Assembly (NCBI GenBank): GCA_019455105.1 | Contig: JACFMZ010000014.1 | Span: 1 to 39,692, forward strand | DNA: 39,692 nucleotides | From: Bacteroidota bacterium | Lineage (GTDB): Bacteria > Bacteroidota > Ignavibacteria > UBA10030 > UBA8401 | Reading direction: 5' to 3' | Shown here: positions 11,513 to 21,314 of the stretch, in pieces | How the letters are laid out: every line of letters starts with the position of its first letter | How positions within the stretch are numbered: the first letter of the stretch is position 1 | The notes under the pieces: generated by a model | Database searches by the model: none | Seen by the model: only the letters and a program-made list of their open reading frames with translations | Told to the model about the DNA's origin: nothing | Program-made: the position numbers and the translations under genes

Positions 11513-12910
11513 ATGAATACCTTCAGCAAACAACATACAACTATCGCGGCGTTAGCTACACCGGCAGGTATTGGCGGTATAGCCGTTATTAGGGTTTCAG
11601 GGAACGATGCGTTTTCTCTTGTTGACTCGTTATTTCACGTAAAGAAAAAATTAGCCGATGCCGAATCGCACACACTTCACTTTGGATCCATTCTTGATGC
11701 AAACAACAATGTCGTTGATTCGGTATTGGTTTCTGTTTTTCGTTCTCCTCATTCATATACCGGCGAAGATGTTCTTGAGATTAGTTGTCACGGCGGATAT
11801 TTAACTTCAAAAATTATTCTCGATGAACTCTACCGCATCGGCGCTCAGCCTGCCGGACCGGGAGAATTTACTCTTCGTGCTTTTCTTAACGGTAAACTCG
11901 ACCTTGCGCAGGCGGAAGCTGTTGCCGATCTAATTCACGCCAAGAGCGAACAATCTCACCGCGCTTCCGTAGAACAACTTCACGGACGGCTTTCTCGATA
12001 CACAAAAAACTTACGGCAAGAGCTTCTCGATATCTGTTCGCTTCTTGAGCTTGAATTAGATTTTTCTCAGGAGGGGATTGAGTTAACTCAAAAATCTGAA
12101 ATTAAATTAAAGTTGGAAAATATTAAAAAGCGTCTCCTGGAAATTCTTTCAACCTATTCCAGCGGGAAACATATCCGCGAGGGTGTTCGGGTAGCGCTTG
12201 TGGGAAAACCCAATGCCGGAAAATCCAGTTTAATGAATACCTTACTCGAAGAAGAAAGAGCTATTGTCAGCCATATTCCTGGAACGACAAGAGATACAAT
12301 TGAAGAGTCTGTAACAATCCACGGATTGGAATTTATTTTTACCGATACAGCAGGGCTTCGGGAATCCGGTGATATTATTGAACAGGAGGGAATTAAGCGG
12401 ACATCAAATACCGTTCAATCATCAGATATTGTCTGCGTCGTTATCGATTCTTCGGAAATTGTAACTGATGAAGATTTGCATCTTTATAAACGAGTGCAGG
12501 ATCTTTTGCCAAAACATGCGCAAAAAATTTATATATACAACAAAGCTGATATAAAGCATTTGAAATTCTTAAACTCGGTTAAGAAAATTGAATTCCCGCA
12601 TATCTTTCTCTCTTGTAAGACACATGAAGGAATTGAAGAATTCAAGAAATTGTTATACTCAATTGCATTGCCTAATTTTGATACTTCTGCCTCATCGGTA
12701 ATTCTCAATAATCTTCGACATAAACACGCATTTGAAAGCGCTCTCAGCGGTATCGATTTGGCAATAAAATCTCTCAATGACGGCTTAAGCGATGATTTTA
12801 TTGCCGTAGATTTGCGCCGGGCAATTGATTATCTCGGCGAAATTATCGGGATTACAACGCCGGATGATATTCTTAATAATATTTTTTCAAAATTTTGTAT
12901 TGGAAAGTAA
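11513..12910 (+). CDS. mnmE: tRNA modification GTPase MnmE
   Basis: 465 aa. G-domain 'GKPNAGKSSLMN' and the C-terminal 'CIGK' tetrapeptide. Confidence 0.9.
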   Translation: MNTFSKQHTTIAALATPAGIGGIAVIRVSGNDAFSLVDSLFHVKKKLADAESHTLHFGSILDANNNVVDSVLVSVFRSPHSYTGEDVLEISCHGGYLTSKIILDELYRIGAQPAGPGEFTLRAFLNGKLDLAQAEAVADLIHAKSEQSHRASVEQLHGRLSRYTKNLRQELLDICSLLELELDFSQEGIELTQKSEIKLKLENIKKRLLEILSTYSSGKHIREGVRVALVGKPNAGKSSLMNTLLEEERAIVSHIPGTTRDTIEESVTIHGLEFIFTDTAGLRESGDIIEQEGIKRTSNTVQSSDIVCVVIDSSEIVTDEDLHLYKRVQDLLPKHAQKIYIYNKADIKHLKFLNSVKKIEFPHIFLSCKTHEGIEEFKKLLYSIALPNFDTSASSVILNNLRHKHAFESALSGIDLAIKSLNDGLSDDFIAVDLRRAIDYLGEIIGITTPDDILNNIFSKFCIGK

Positions 12911-12929
12911 ATGTTTCACGTGAAACTAT

Positions 12930-14813
12930 ATGGTCATTAAAACTCCAAAACCTTTTTACGATGTCATTGTTGTCGGCGGGGGACATGCCGGAATTGAAGC
13001 CTCATTATCCGCTTCACGAATGAATTGTTCTACACTATTAATTTCTTTAAAAGTCGCCGCCGTTGGAAGAATGTCTTGTAATCCGGCTATTGGCGGAACT
13101 GCAAAAGGACATCTTGTAAGGGAAATTGATGCGCTCGGCGGAGAAATGGGAAAGATTGCCGACGCTACCGGAATTCAATTTAAAATGCTCAACATGTCCA
13201 AAGGCCCGGCTGTCTGGTCGCCACGGTGCCAAAGCGATAGAGAGTGGTATTCACGGGATGCTCAGCGGAGAGTTCTTGCAGAATTGGATTTGCTTGAAGA
13301 TTCAATTGCAGATTTTCTTGTCGAAGAAAACCGTATTCGGGGATTAAGAACATTTTTAGGATATGAAGTTTTTTGCACTTCGCTTGTTCTTTGCGCCGGT
13401 ACATTTTTGAATGGGTTGATGCATACCGGAGAAAAAAATAGAAGCGGCGGAAGATTCGGTGAAGCCCCCTCAAGAGGCATTACCGAAGCCTTACGGGAAC
13501 TTGGTTTTGTATCGGGAAGATTAAAAACAGGAACTCCGCCGCGAATAGATATTGACAGCATAGATATTTCTAAAACAGAAATTCAGGGAAGCGACGATCC
13601 GCCGTTTCCATTTTCATATCAAACGGAAAAAATTACTAATCGTTTAATTCCGATGTATCTAACACACACGAATGAGAAAACGCATAAAATTTTAGAAAAA
13701 GGTTTCGACCGTTCGCCGATGTTTACCGGAAGAATAAAGGGTGTCGGTGCGAGATACTGTCCCTCTATTGAAGATAAAGTTTTTCGTTTTGCCGATCGAA
13801 ACCGCCATCAGATTTTTCTTGAACCGGAAGGATATGATACCAATGTTGTGTATGTAAACGGATATTCAACAAGTCTTCCGGAGGAAATACAGTACGAAGG
13901 ATTGCGTTCTATTGCCGGATTGGAAAATGTAAAAATGATTCGTCCCGGCTATGCCGTTGAGTACGATTACTTTCCGCCACACCAATTGAAACATACATTA
14001 GAAACAAAATTAATTTCCGGATTATTTTTTGCCGGACAAATTAACGGTACATCCGGTTACGAAGAAGCCGCAGGGCAGGGATTAATTGCCGGAATAAATG
14101 CGGCGCTGAAAGTTCAAAAAAGAAATCCGTTTATTTTAAAACGAAGTGATGCGTACATCGGTGTAATGATTGATGATCTCATCAACAAATCAACCGATGA
14201 GCCGTACAGAATGTTTACTTCGCGCGCAGAGTATCGTTTAATTCTTCGACAAGATAATGCCGACAGGCGATTAATGCGCTCGGGATACGAATTGGGATTA
14301 ATTTCAAAAAATCTGATTGAGCGCTTAAACGAAAAAGAAAATAAAATTAAAGAATGTATCAGCTTCCTCAATATAAAAACTATTTCACCGAAAACGGTAA
14401 ACGGGATTCTTGAAAAGAAAAATGAAAATCCGATTTCAGAAAATGATCTTTTAACAAAAATTGTCCGCCGTTCAAACATACAACTTGAAGATATTCTTCC
14501 TGTTTTTGAGAACATCACAATCAAAGAATTCTTACTTGATAATGAGGTCAGACAACAAGTAGAAATTGATGTGAAGTATGAAGGATATATTCAACGTCAG
14601 TATGAACAGATAACTCGCTTTGAAAAATTTGAAGAGTATGAAATCCCCGGAGAATTTGATTACTCAAAAATTTCTTCCTTAAGCAGGGAGGGGAAAGAGA
14701 AGCTGCAAAAAATTCGTCCCCGTTCCATTGGACAGGCATCGCGCATATCCGGCGTTACCAATGCGGATGTTTCTGTGCTGAGCATTTTTTTAAAACAATT
14801 GGAAACAAAATAA
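12930..14813 (+). CDS. mnmG: tRNA uridine 5-carboxymethylaminomethyl modification enzyme MnmG (GidA)
   Basis: 627 aa. FAD motif '[15 protein letters not shown]'. It immediately follows mnmE. Confidence 0.9.
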   Translation: MVIKTPKPFYDVIVVGGGHAGIEASLSASRMNCSTLLISLKVAAVGRMSCNPAIGGTAKGHLVREIDALGGEMGKIADATGIQFKMLNMSKGPAVWSPRCQSDREWYSRDAQRRVLAELDLLEDSIADFLVEENRIRGLRTFLGYEVFCTSLVLCAGTFLNGLMHTGEKNRSGGRFGEAPSRGITEALRELGFVSGRLKTGTPPRIDIDSIDISKTEIQGSDDPPFPFSYQTEKITNRLIPMYLTHTNEKTHKILEKGFDRSPMFTGRIKGVGARYCPSIEDKVFRFADRNRHQIFLEPEGYDTNVVYVNGYSTSLPEEIQYEGLRSIAGLENVKMIRPGYAVEYDYFPPHQLKHTLETKLISGLFFAGQINGTSGYEEAAGQGLIAGINAALKVQKRNPFILKRSDAYIGVMIDDLINKSTDEPYRMFTSRAEYRLILRQDNADRRLMRSGYELGLISKNLIERLNEKENKIKECISFLNIKTISPKTVNGILEKKNENPISENDLLTKIVRRSNIQLEDILPVFENITIKEFLLDNEVRQQVEIDVKYEGYIQRQYEQITRFEKFEEYEIPGEFDYSKISSLSREGKEKLQKIRPRSIGQASRISGVTNADVSVLSIFLKQLETK

Positions 14814-14836
14814 TAACCAACGTTCCACGTGAAACA

Positions 14837-15553
14837 ATGACCGAAGAAGATCTCTGGCTGTATACATTTCTGAAAAAGAATGATTTACCAATAACGGATA
14901 TAGAATTACGACAGCTTTCTCGATTCAAACAATTGCTTTTGGAATGGAACCAGAAAATCAATTTAATTTCGCGTAAAAATGAAGAGGCAGTATGGAAACA
15001 GCATATCGCCTTTTCGTTAACAATGTTAATTAAGCTATATTTTCCTTCAAAATCGCATCTTTTGGACCTTGGTACAGGGGGTGGTTTTCCGGGAATTCCG
15101 CTTTCAATTTTACGGCAGGATTGTTCTTTTCTACTCTTGGATTCTACACAGAAAAAAATTAACGCCGTGCAGTCAATGATTGAGATTCTTCAGCTTTCGA
15201 ACGTCAAGACTATCTGGGGGCGTGCCGAAGAAATTCAAGCAAAATCGGAATATAGAAATCGATTCGATTTTGTTGTTGCCCGCTCCGTGAGCAATCTTTC
15301 CAATCTTATTGATTGGGGAATTCCCTTTCTGAAAAGGTCTTTTGATCAAAAAGAAAAGTTCGTGCAAACGAATAAATTCTGTTTTAAGAAGCCGTCTCTC
15401 ATTACATTTAAAGGGGGAGAAATTGATGAAGAAATTTTTGCTGCCCAAAAAAAGTTTTCTCATATTATGGTTCACACGCTTCCGTTAACGTTTACCGGAA
15501 GTGAAGAATTTGAAAATCGCGATAAAAAATTGATTATCCTTACACATAAATAA
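14837..15553 (+). CDS. rsmG: 16S rRNA (guanine527-N7)-methyltransferase RsmG (GidB)
   Basis: 238 aa. SAM motif 'LLDLGTGGGFPGIPL'. Classical gidA-gidB linkage. Confidence 0.85.
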   Translation: MTEEDLWLYTFLKKNDLPITDIELRQLSRFKQLLLEWNQKINLISRKNEEAVWKQHIAFSLTMLIKLYFPSKSHLLDLGTGGGFPGIPLSILRQDCSFLLLDSTQKKINAVQSMIEILQLSNVKTIWGRAEEIQAKSEYRNRFDFVVARSVSNLSNLIDWGIPFLKRSFDQKEKFVQTNKFCFKKPSLITFKGGEIDEEIFAAQKKFSHIMVHTLPLTFTGSEEFENRDKKLIILTHK

Positions 15554-15555
15554 CA

Positions 15556-16512
15556 ATGGACACAAAAAACCTATTTTTGCAGTTACAAAAACTTTCTACC
15601 GAACAGCGCAACGCCGCAAGCATGGATATTGATGCACGCTCTATTCAAGATATTTTAACCATTATTAATAACGACGATAAAAAAGTTGCCTTAGCCGTTG
15701 AAACGCAGATTCCGTATATCGCTCAAGCTGTTGAGTTTGTGGTGAACAGTTTTATGAACGGGGGAAGATTAATTTACGTCGGTGCCGGAACAAGCGGAAG
15801 AATCGGCGTAGTAGATGCCTCAGAGTGTCCGCCGACATTCGGCGTTCCGTTTGAAATGGTGCAGGGAATTATTGCCGGGGGCGAAGGAGCAATGTTTCGG
15901 GCGGTTGAAGGAGCGGAAGATAGTCCAGAAAACGGCGCAGCGGAAATGGATAAAAAAGATGTCGGACATAATGATGTGGTTTGCGGAATTGCGGCAAGTC
16001 TGCGTACGCCGTTCGTTATCGGCGCGGTGAAGCAGGCAAAAAAGCTCGGAGCAAAAACTCTCTATGTAACAACCAATCCGAGAAAGAATTTGCAACTGGA
16101 AGAATATAAAGACTTGGCAAACGCTCTTGACGTTGCAATCTGCGCGGAAGTCGGTCCGGAAATTATTATGGGTTCTACCAGAATGAAATCCGGAACGGCG
16201 CAAAAATTAATTTTAAATATGATTACCACTACGGCAATGATTCGTATCGGAAAAGTGTACGAAAATATGATGATTGATTTGCAAATGACAAACAAAAAAC
16301 TGGTGGAGCGCTCCAAGAAAATTGTTATGACCATTACCGGCATTTCTTACGAAGAAGCCGATAAATATTTGCACGAAGCGAAGGGACATGTAAAAACGGC
16401 TTTGGTGATGATTAAGGCGAATGTCGGCTACGAAGAAGCAAAACAGCGGCTGCAAAAATCCAGCGGTTTTGTCCGTGCTGCGATTGAAGGGAAAGAGTAT
16501 TCGATTATTTAA
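15556..16512 (+). CDS. murQ: N-acetylmuramic acid 6-phosphate etherase (SIS domain)
   Basis: 318 aa. 'GGRLIYVGAGTSGRIGVVDASECPPTFG' is nearly identical to the MurQ active-site region, and 'GSTRMKSGTAQK' is also present. Confidence 0.85.
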   Translation: MDTKNLFLQLQKLSTEQRNAASMDIDARSIQDILTIINNDDKKVALAVETQIPYIAQAVEFVVNSFMNGGRLIYVGAGTSGRIGVVDASECPPTFGVPFEMVQGIIAGGEGAMFRAVEGAEDSPENGAAEMDKKDVGHNDVVCGIAASLRTPFVIGAVKQAKKLGAKTLYVTTNPRKNLQLEEYKDLANALDVAICAEVGPEIIMGSTRMKSGTAQKLILNMITTTAMIRIGKVYENMMIDLQMTNKKLVERSKKIVMTITGISYEEADKYLHEAKGHVKTALVMIKANVGYEEAKQRLQKSSGFVRAAIEGKEYSII

Positions 16513-16550
16513 TTTTTTCTCTCAATTATTTTTTTTAGATTGGTATGCCA

Positions 16551-16577
16551 AGAGGAGAAGCTCTCCTCTTTTTTATT
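16551..16577 (+). terminator. intrinsic terminator after murQ
   Basis: 8-bp stem 'agaggaga/tctcctct' with a 3-nt loop, followed by 'tttttatt'. Confidence 0.7.
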
Positions 16578-16595
16578 ATTAAGAGATAGAAAATT

Positions 16596-17447
16596 ATGGA
16601 TATTTTTCAGGCAATTATTCTCGGTATTATTCAAGGGTTAACGGAATTTCTTCCGATTAGCAGCACGGCGCACTTACGCATTGTACCCGCATTGCTCGGC
16701 TGGCAGGATCCCGGCGCGGCGTTTACGGCAGTTATTCAATTTGGAACTCTTGTAGCGGTTATTATTTATTTTTCTAAAGATATATTTCATATTATTTCTT
16801 CTGTGGTAAAAGGAATTGCCGCAAAGAATATTTTCTATGATCGCAATGCACTTCTCGGCTGGATGATTGCCGCCGGAACAATTCCAATTGTTGTTTTCGG
16901 TTTAACGTTCAAACATTCCATCGAAACAAGTCTCCGTTCGCTGTACATTATCAGCGCCTCTATGATTGTGCTTGCGGTGGTTTTAATTCTTGCCGAAGCT
17001 TTTGTAAAAAAACATCTCGCTGCCGGAAAAAAATTAAAATCTCTTGATGAGCTTTCCTGGAAGGAAGCGATTATTATCGGATTATGGCAGAGCGTTGCGC
17101 TGATTCCCGGTTCTTCCCGTTCCGGCACAACCATTACCGGCGGGCTGTTTTTAGGATTGACACGCGAAACAGCGGCGCGGTTTTCATTTTTGCTTTCGCT
17201 TCCTTCGGTTTTTGCTGCGGGAGTATTAGAGCTTGTAAAAGAACGGCATGAGCTGCTCTCTTCCAATATCGGGGGAATAAATTTACTTGTTGCCACAATA
17301 GTTTCGGGAATTGTCGGCTATACCTCCATTGCCTTTCTGCTTGATTACTTAAAAAAACACACTACCTATCTTTTTATTGTGTACCGCATTCTTGTCGGTC
17401 TGGGATTATTATATTGTCTCCAGACAAACATTCTTCAACCGTTTTAA
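16596..17447 (+). CDS. uppP: undecaprenyl-diphosphate phosphatase (BacA/UppP)
   Basis: 283 aa. 'GLTEFLPISSTAHL' and 'PGSSRSGTTITGG' motifs; polytopic membrane protein. Confidence 0.9.
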   Translation: MDIFQAIILGIIQGLTEFLPISSTAHLRIVPALLGWQDPGAAFTAVIQFGTLVAVIIYFSKDIFHIISSVVKGIAAKNIFYDRNALLGWMIAAGTIPIVVFGLTFKHSIETSLRSLYIISASMIVLAVVLILAEAFVKKHLAAGKKLKSLDELSWKEAIIIGLWQSVALIPGSSRSGTTITGGLFLGLTRETAARFSFLLSLPSVFAAGVLELVKERHELLSSNIGGINLLVATIVSGIVGYTSIAFLLDYLKKHTTYLFIVYRILVGLGLLYCLQTNILQPF

Positions 17448-17499
17448 ATTGCAGATATTCATTGATAAAATTATTTCAAAAAGAGAGAACAGTTAACCG

Positions 17500-18126
17500 A
17501 TGGATTTCATAACGGAATTTTTTCACAAGCTGACGAATATAAAAGAACTAGTGACCTGGGCGGGATATCCCGGACTTGCCGCAATTATTTTTTCGGAAAC
17601 AGGATTGCTCGTCGGTTTTTTTCTTCCGGGAGATTCACTTCTTGTTACGGCAGGGTTGTTTGCCGCCGCCGGTTTTTTTGACGTAACAATTCTTATCCCG
17701 CTTCTTATTCTCTGCGCAGTAATCGGAAATGCCACCGGATATTATATCGGAAAAAAGGGGGGGCATGCTCTTTACAAACGAGAAGATTCACGGTTCTTTA
17801 AAAAACAGCATTTACTTAAGACAAAAGAATTTTACGAACATTACGGTCCGTTTACTATTGTCATGGCGCAGTTCATGCCATTTGCAAGAACGTTTGCGCC
17901 GGTTGTTGCCGGAATTGCGGAGATGAAATATATCCGCTTTGCGATGTTTAATGTTATCGGCGCAATTGCATGGATAGCCAGCATGATTCTTATCGGATAT
18001 TTTCTTGGTTCTACAATTCCAAATATCGATAAGAATATTCATTATGTAATTATTGTAGTAATCTTTTTATCTCTGCTTCCCGGAATAATTAAATATCTGC
18101 AGGTGCGGTATGGACAAAAAAGATGA
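17500..18126 (+). CDS. DedA/VTT-family (SNARE-associated Golgi protein-like) membrane protein
   Basis: 208 aa. 'FSETGLLVGFFLPGDSLLVTAG' is a DedA signature; multiple TM helices. Confidence 0.8.
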   Translation: MDFITEFFHKLTNIKELVTWAGYPGLAAIIFSETGLLVGFFLPGDSLLVTAGLFAAAGFFDVTILIPLLILCAVIGNATGYYIGKKGGHALYKREDSRFFKKQHLLKTKEFYEHYGPFTIVMAQFMPFARTFAPVVAGIAEMKYIRFAMFNVIGAIAWIASMILIGYFLGSTIPNIDKNIHYVIIVVIFLSLLPGIIKYLQVRYGQKR

Positions 18127-18160
18127 ACAAAGTCGCTGATTGGAACTGTTGATAAAAATA

Positions 18161-18195
18161 AAAAAGGAGATCTACGGATCTCCTTTTTATTTTTG
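18161..18195. terminator. bidirectional intrinsic terminator between dedA (+) and yidC (-)
   Basis: 'aaaaaGGAGATCtacgGATCTCCtttttattttt'. The 7-bp GC stem has an A-run on one side and a T-run on the other, so it can terminate transcripts on both strands. Confidence 0.7.
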
Positions 18196-18233
18196 TTTGA
18201 AGGAACTTTATATTCTTTAATTTTTTTCTGCGC

Positions 18234-20048
18234 TTATTTCTTCGGCGGTTTTGGCATGTTCTGAGCTAATCGCTCCATCATACTCGGCTTTTTATTCTTA
18301 CGTTCAACTTTCTTCAGCGGTTCATCTTCGTGCCGTTTATTAAAGTACCACTGCTGGCCGATGGAAAGAATATTAAACGTAAAATAATATAAATTTAATC
18401 CGGCAGGAAAATGATTAAACATAATTGTCATCATAATCGGCATCATCCAAATCATAGCTTTCTGCGTCGGGTCAGTAACGGTTTGCCGCTGCTGAAAAAA
18501 CATTGTTACTCCCATTGCTAAGGTTAATCCGCTGATATGATTTCCAATGAGCGGTGCAACAAATGGAAGTGAAATCAATACATCCGGCACCGAAAGATCG
18601 TTTATCCAGAGCACAAACGGTTCCTGCCGCAACTGTATGGAAGCGGTAAACAACGAATAGAGCGAATACAGAATCGGCATTTGCAGCAGAAGCGGCAAAC
18701 ACCCGCCGGCGGGATTCACGCCATAATCTTTATACAACTCCATTGTTTTTACATTCATGGTTTGAGCGTCGTTTTTATATTTCGCGCGCAGCTCATCCAT
18801 CATTGGTTTTAATTTCTGCATCTTCCGCATGGAGCGCATACTGCTTTTGGTAAGCGGCTGCAGAGCAAGTTTAATAATTACCGAAAAAACGAGAATGACA
18901 ATTCCGTAATTCGGAATGAAAGAATGAAACAGATTAAAGAGCGGTATAAAAATATACACCGTCAGCGGCCGAATCCACGACCAGCCGAGACTCATTATTC
19001 CTTCCAGCGATTCGTTAAACGATTTGATAACTTTAAAATCCAGCGGACCAATAAAAACCGATAACGCTGTTGTTTCGTTTTCTCCCCCTTTAAACGGCAT
19101 CTTCATGGCAATGGAATAAATTTCCACCGCGCCGTTATCGGCAACAGAATAATGTCTTCCTTCCATATAGGCGCCGGTAGATTTTTTATCCTTAGAAACC
19201 ATTGCCACGGCAAAATATTTATTGCGCAGCGCAACCCAGTCCGTTGTTCCGCTGGTGTTGGAAACAGGAATCTCGTCTTTGGAGGTCGCGTTAATTTCTG
19301 TCTTCTCGCCGCCGGCATAGAGAAATGCTTCGGCGGAGTTTGATTCATCAACACTGCTGGCTTCCTGATAGCGGATGCCGTTTTCCCACGTTACTTGATA
19401 TTCATAATTTGCAATAACATTTTGCATATTGTGAAATTCAAGTTCCGCGTCAAATTCATACAGCGTATTTTTAAAAGTTAATTTCTTTGTAATGGTTCCT
19501 TCGGAAGAGTGAAGAACGCAGTTCAGCGTGTATGTGTCGTTTTCATTCAGCGTAATAACGGCGGGAGTGTTTTCCGGAAAATCAAAATATAAGTTTTTCG
19601 TGTTAATGAGTTTTCCGTCCGTGGTGGTAAACAGCAGGCTGAAATCTCCGCCTGTTGAATCACTGATAAGCTGCACAGGATGTTTATCCCACGATAAATA
19701 TTTTTTCATAATCCATTTTTGTATCAATCCGCCTTTGGAAGAAACAATCGCCGTATAATTTTTTGTCTCAATCGTAATTGTTTTATCAATTCCGATATTT
19801 TTTCCGGCAAAGTATTTTCCATATTTTGTTTCAGAAGAAATATTTTTCTTTTCTTCTTTTTTTAAAGTGATCGGGGCGGCTGTAGTATCGGCTTTTTTTT
19901 GCGGCTGTATTGTTGAAGAATCTTTATAGATGAGCTGGTCTATATGCTGTGGCTGCGGAGAAGGCTGCTTGTTGGTGGATGTGTACATCATCCAGAACGT
20001 CAGCACAACGCCGATAAGCACAAAACCGATGACTGATTGTTTATCCAT
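18234..20048 (-). CDS. yidC: membrane protein insertase YidC (long, FCB-type with a large periplasmic domain)
   Basis: 604 aa. N-terminal TM, a large periplasmic domain, and a C-terminal 5-TM core with 'PMMDELRAKYKNDAQ' and 'GCLPLLLQMPI'. Confidence 0.9.
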   Translation of the reverse strand: MDKQSVIGFVLIGVVLTFWMMYTSTNKQPSPQPQHIDQLIYKDSSTIQPQKKADTTAAPITLKKEEKKNISSETKYGKYFAGKNIGIDKTITIETKNYTAIVSSKGGLIQKWIMKKYLSWDKHPVQLISDSTGGDFSLLFTTTDGKLINTKNLYFDFPENTPAVITLNENDTYTLNCVLHSSEGTITKKLTFKNTLYEFDAELEFHNMQNVIANYEYQVTWENGIRYQEASSVDESNSAEAFLYAGGEKTEINATSKDEIPVSNTSGTTDWVALRNKYFAVAMVSKDKKSTGAYMEGRHYSVADNGAVEIYSIAMKMPFKGGENETTALSVFIGPLDFKVIKSFNESLEGIMSLGWSWIRPLTVYIFIPLFNLFHSFIPNYGIVILVFSVIIKLALQPLTKSSMRSMRKMQKLKPMMDELRAKYKNDAQTMNVKTMELYKDYGVNPAGGCLPLLLQMPILYSLYSLFTASIQLRQEPFVLWINDLSVPDVLISLPFVAPLIGNHISGLTLAMGVTMFFQQRQTVTDPTQKAMIWMMPIMMTIMFNHFPAGLNLYYFTFNILSIGQQWYFNKRHEDEPLKKVERKNKKPSMMERLAQNMPKPPKK

Positions 20049-20058
20049 ATTTCTTTCC

Positions 20059-20298
20059 TTACACCTTTTTCATTTTTGATTGTACTTCCGGAACAGGATC
20101 ATAACCGCCTTCGTGGTACGGATGGCATTTTGCAATCCGTTTTATGCCGAGCCACAACCCGAAGAGTGCGCCGTGTTTGTTCAACGCTTCTATCATATAC
20201 TGCGAACAGGTCGGATAAAACCGGCAGGAGTTTGCCGGAAGAAACGGCGAAAGCACCATTTGATACATTCGCACAAAAAATATAAGAACATATTTCAT
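20059..20298 (-). CDS. yidD: membrane protein insertion efficiency factor YidD
   Basis: Contains '[11 protein letters not shown]'. I placed the start at the internal Met (MKYVLIFF), giving the ATGA overlap with the rnpA stop that is typical of this locus. The track ORF reaches 20337. Confidence 0.8.
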   Translation of the reverse strand: MKYVLIFFVRMYQMVLSPFLPANSCRFYPTCSQYMIEALNKHGALFGLWLGIKRIAKCHPYHEGGYDPVPEVQSKMKKV

Positions 20299-20693
20299 GG
20301 TATGCTCTGTATTATCTGCGGAAGAATCAACTTCCATTCTTCTGCCACGGTCTGCATCTTCAACGCCTTCAAATTTAAATCATCACCGGCAATAAAACTG
20401 AGAACTATTTTTGCCTGTTTATTTTTTTCTGTAAGAATTTTTACCAGCTCTTCAGAATTCATTCGTACGCTTTCCCGAAGCAGTCTTCGCACTCTATTTC
20501 TATCCACGGCGCGCGGAAAACGTTTTTTAGAAACAGAAAATCCCCATTGCACCGGGGATTGAAATTTAATCTGTTCTTCCACAACTACATAACAATATAC
20601 CAGCTTGCCGGTAAAGCGCACTCCGTTTTCAAAAACAGAATGAAAGGCATTGTAACCGCGTAGAATTGATGATTTTGGAAGTGTTTTCCGCAC
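20295..20693 (-). CDS. rnpA: ribonuclease P protein component
   Basis: 132 aa, basic. '[25 protein letters not shown]' matches the RNR motif. Confidence 0.85.
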   Translation of the reverse strand: MRKTLPKSSILRGYNAFHSVFENGVRFTGKLVYCYVVVEEQIKFQSPVQWGFSVSKKRFPRAVDRNRVRRLLRESVRMNSEELVKILTEKNKQAKIVLSFIAGDDLNLKALKMQTVAEEWKLILPQIIQSIP

Positions 20694-20759
20694 AATAACT
20701 TGCGGGTTGATGATTAAAATTTACAGACAGCATAATGCAGAGTGTGGGTAATAAACAGC

Positions 20760-20906
20760 TTAGCGTTCATCGCTCACGGTTAATTTTTTACGACCCTTTG
20801 CACGCCGGCGCGATAATACTTTGCGACCGTTCTTTGTGGACATTCTTTCGCGAAATCCGTGTGCACTTTTACGTTTTCGTTTGTGCGGCTGATATGTTCG
20901 TTTCAT
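20760..20906 (-). CDS. rpmH: 50S ribosomal protein L34
   Basis: I translated this by hand: [48 protein letters not shown] (48 aa). It carries the canonical L34 sequence and lies 66 nt upstream of rnpA. It is absent from the ORF track because it is shorter than 60 aa. Confidence 0.85.
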   Translation of the reverse strand: MKRTYQPHKRKRKSAHGFRERMSTKNGRKVLSRRRAKGRKKLTVSDER

Positions 20907-21055
20907 TTCTTCTCCATTTAATTACTCAAAAGCAAACAAAAATACAAAATTTTGTCTCGCTATACAAGATTTTATTCTATTCTTCAAAAAGATTTATTTT
21001 TTTCTTGACAAAGAGGCTTTTACAGTGTATCATCGGTGTGCAAAAGGTGCTTTTC

Positions 21056-21307
21056 CTTGTGTGGATTGAATGTGGATAACTTTTTTACCGGTATTTCTTC
21101 TTTCTAAGTTCTTTAATATTATGCACTTTTCCCGATGCTGAATCTTTGTTGATAACTTGTGTTAACAATCTATGAAGGCATTATTTTTCAATAAGTTATC
21201 GGCGTCTTTTTCATGTGTATAATTTCCTTGTTTCTTTAACTTCTTTGTTTGTGTTGGCGTCTTGTGTGGATATTTTTGTGAATAACTCTGTATATTCCTG
21301 TTGATAA
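21056..21307. promoter_or_regulatory. DnaA-box cluster upstream of dnaA (oriC part 1; dnaA/rpmH divergent promoter region)
   Basis: One perfect TTATCCACA box (complement at 21071-21079, 'tgtggataa'). One-mismatch boxes, all in the same orientation, at 21147-21155, 21265-21273, 21277-21285 and 21299-21307. Confidence 0.7.
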
Positions 21308-21314
21308 CTTTATT

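Noticed and set aside
20735-21079. 114-aa plus-strand ORF spanning rpmH antisense and the DnaA-box cluster
   Set aside because: It overlaps the canonical rpmH on the opposite strand and runs through the DnaA boxes. The oriC/promoter region better explains this DNA.
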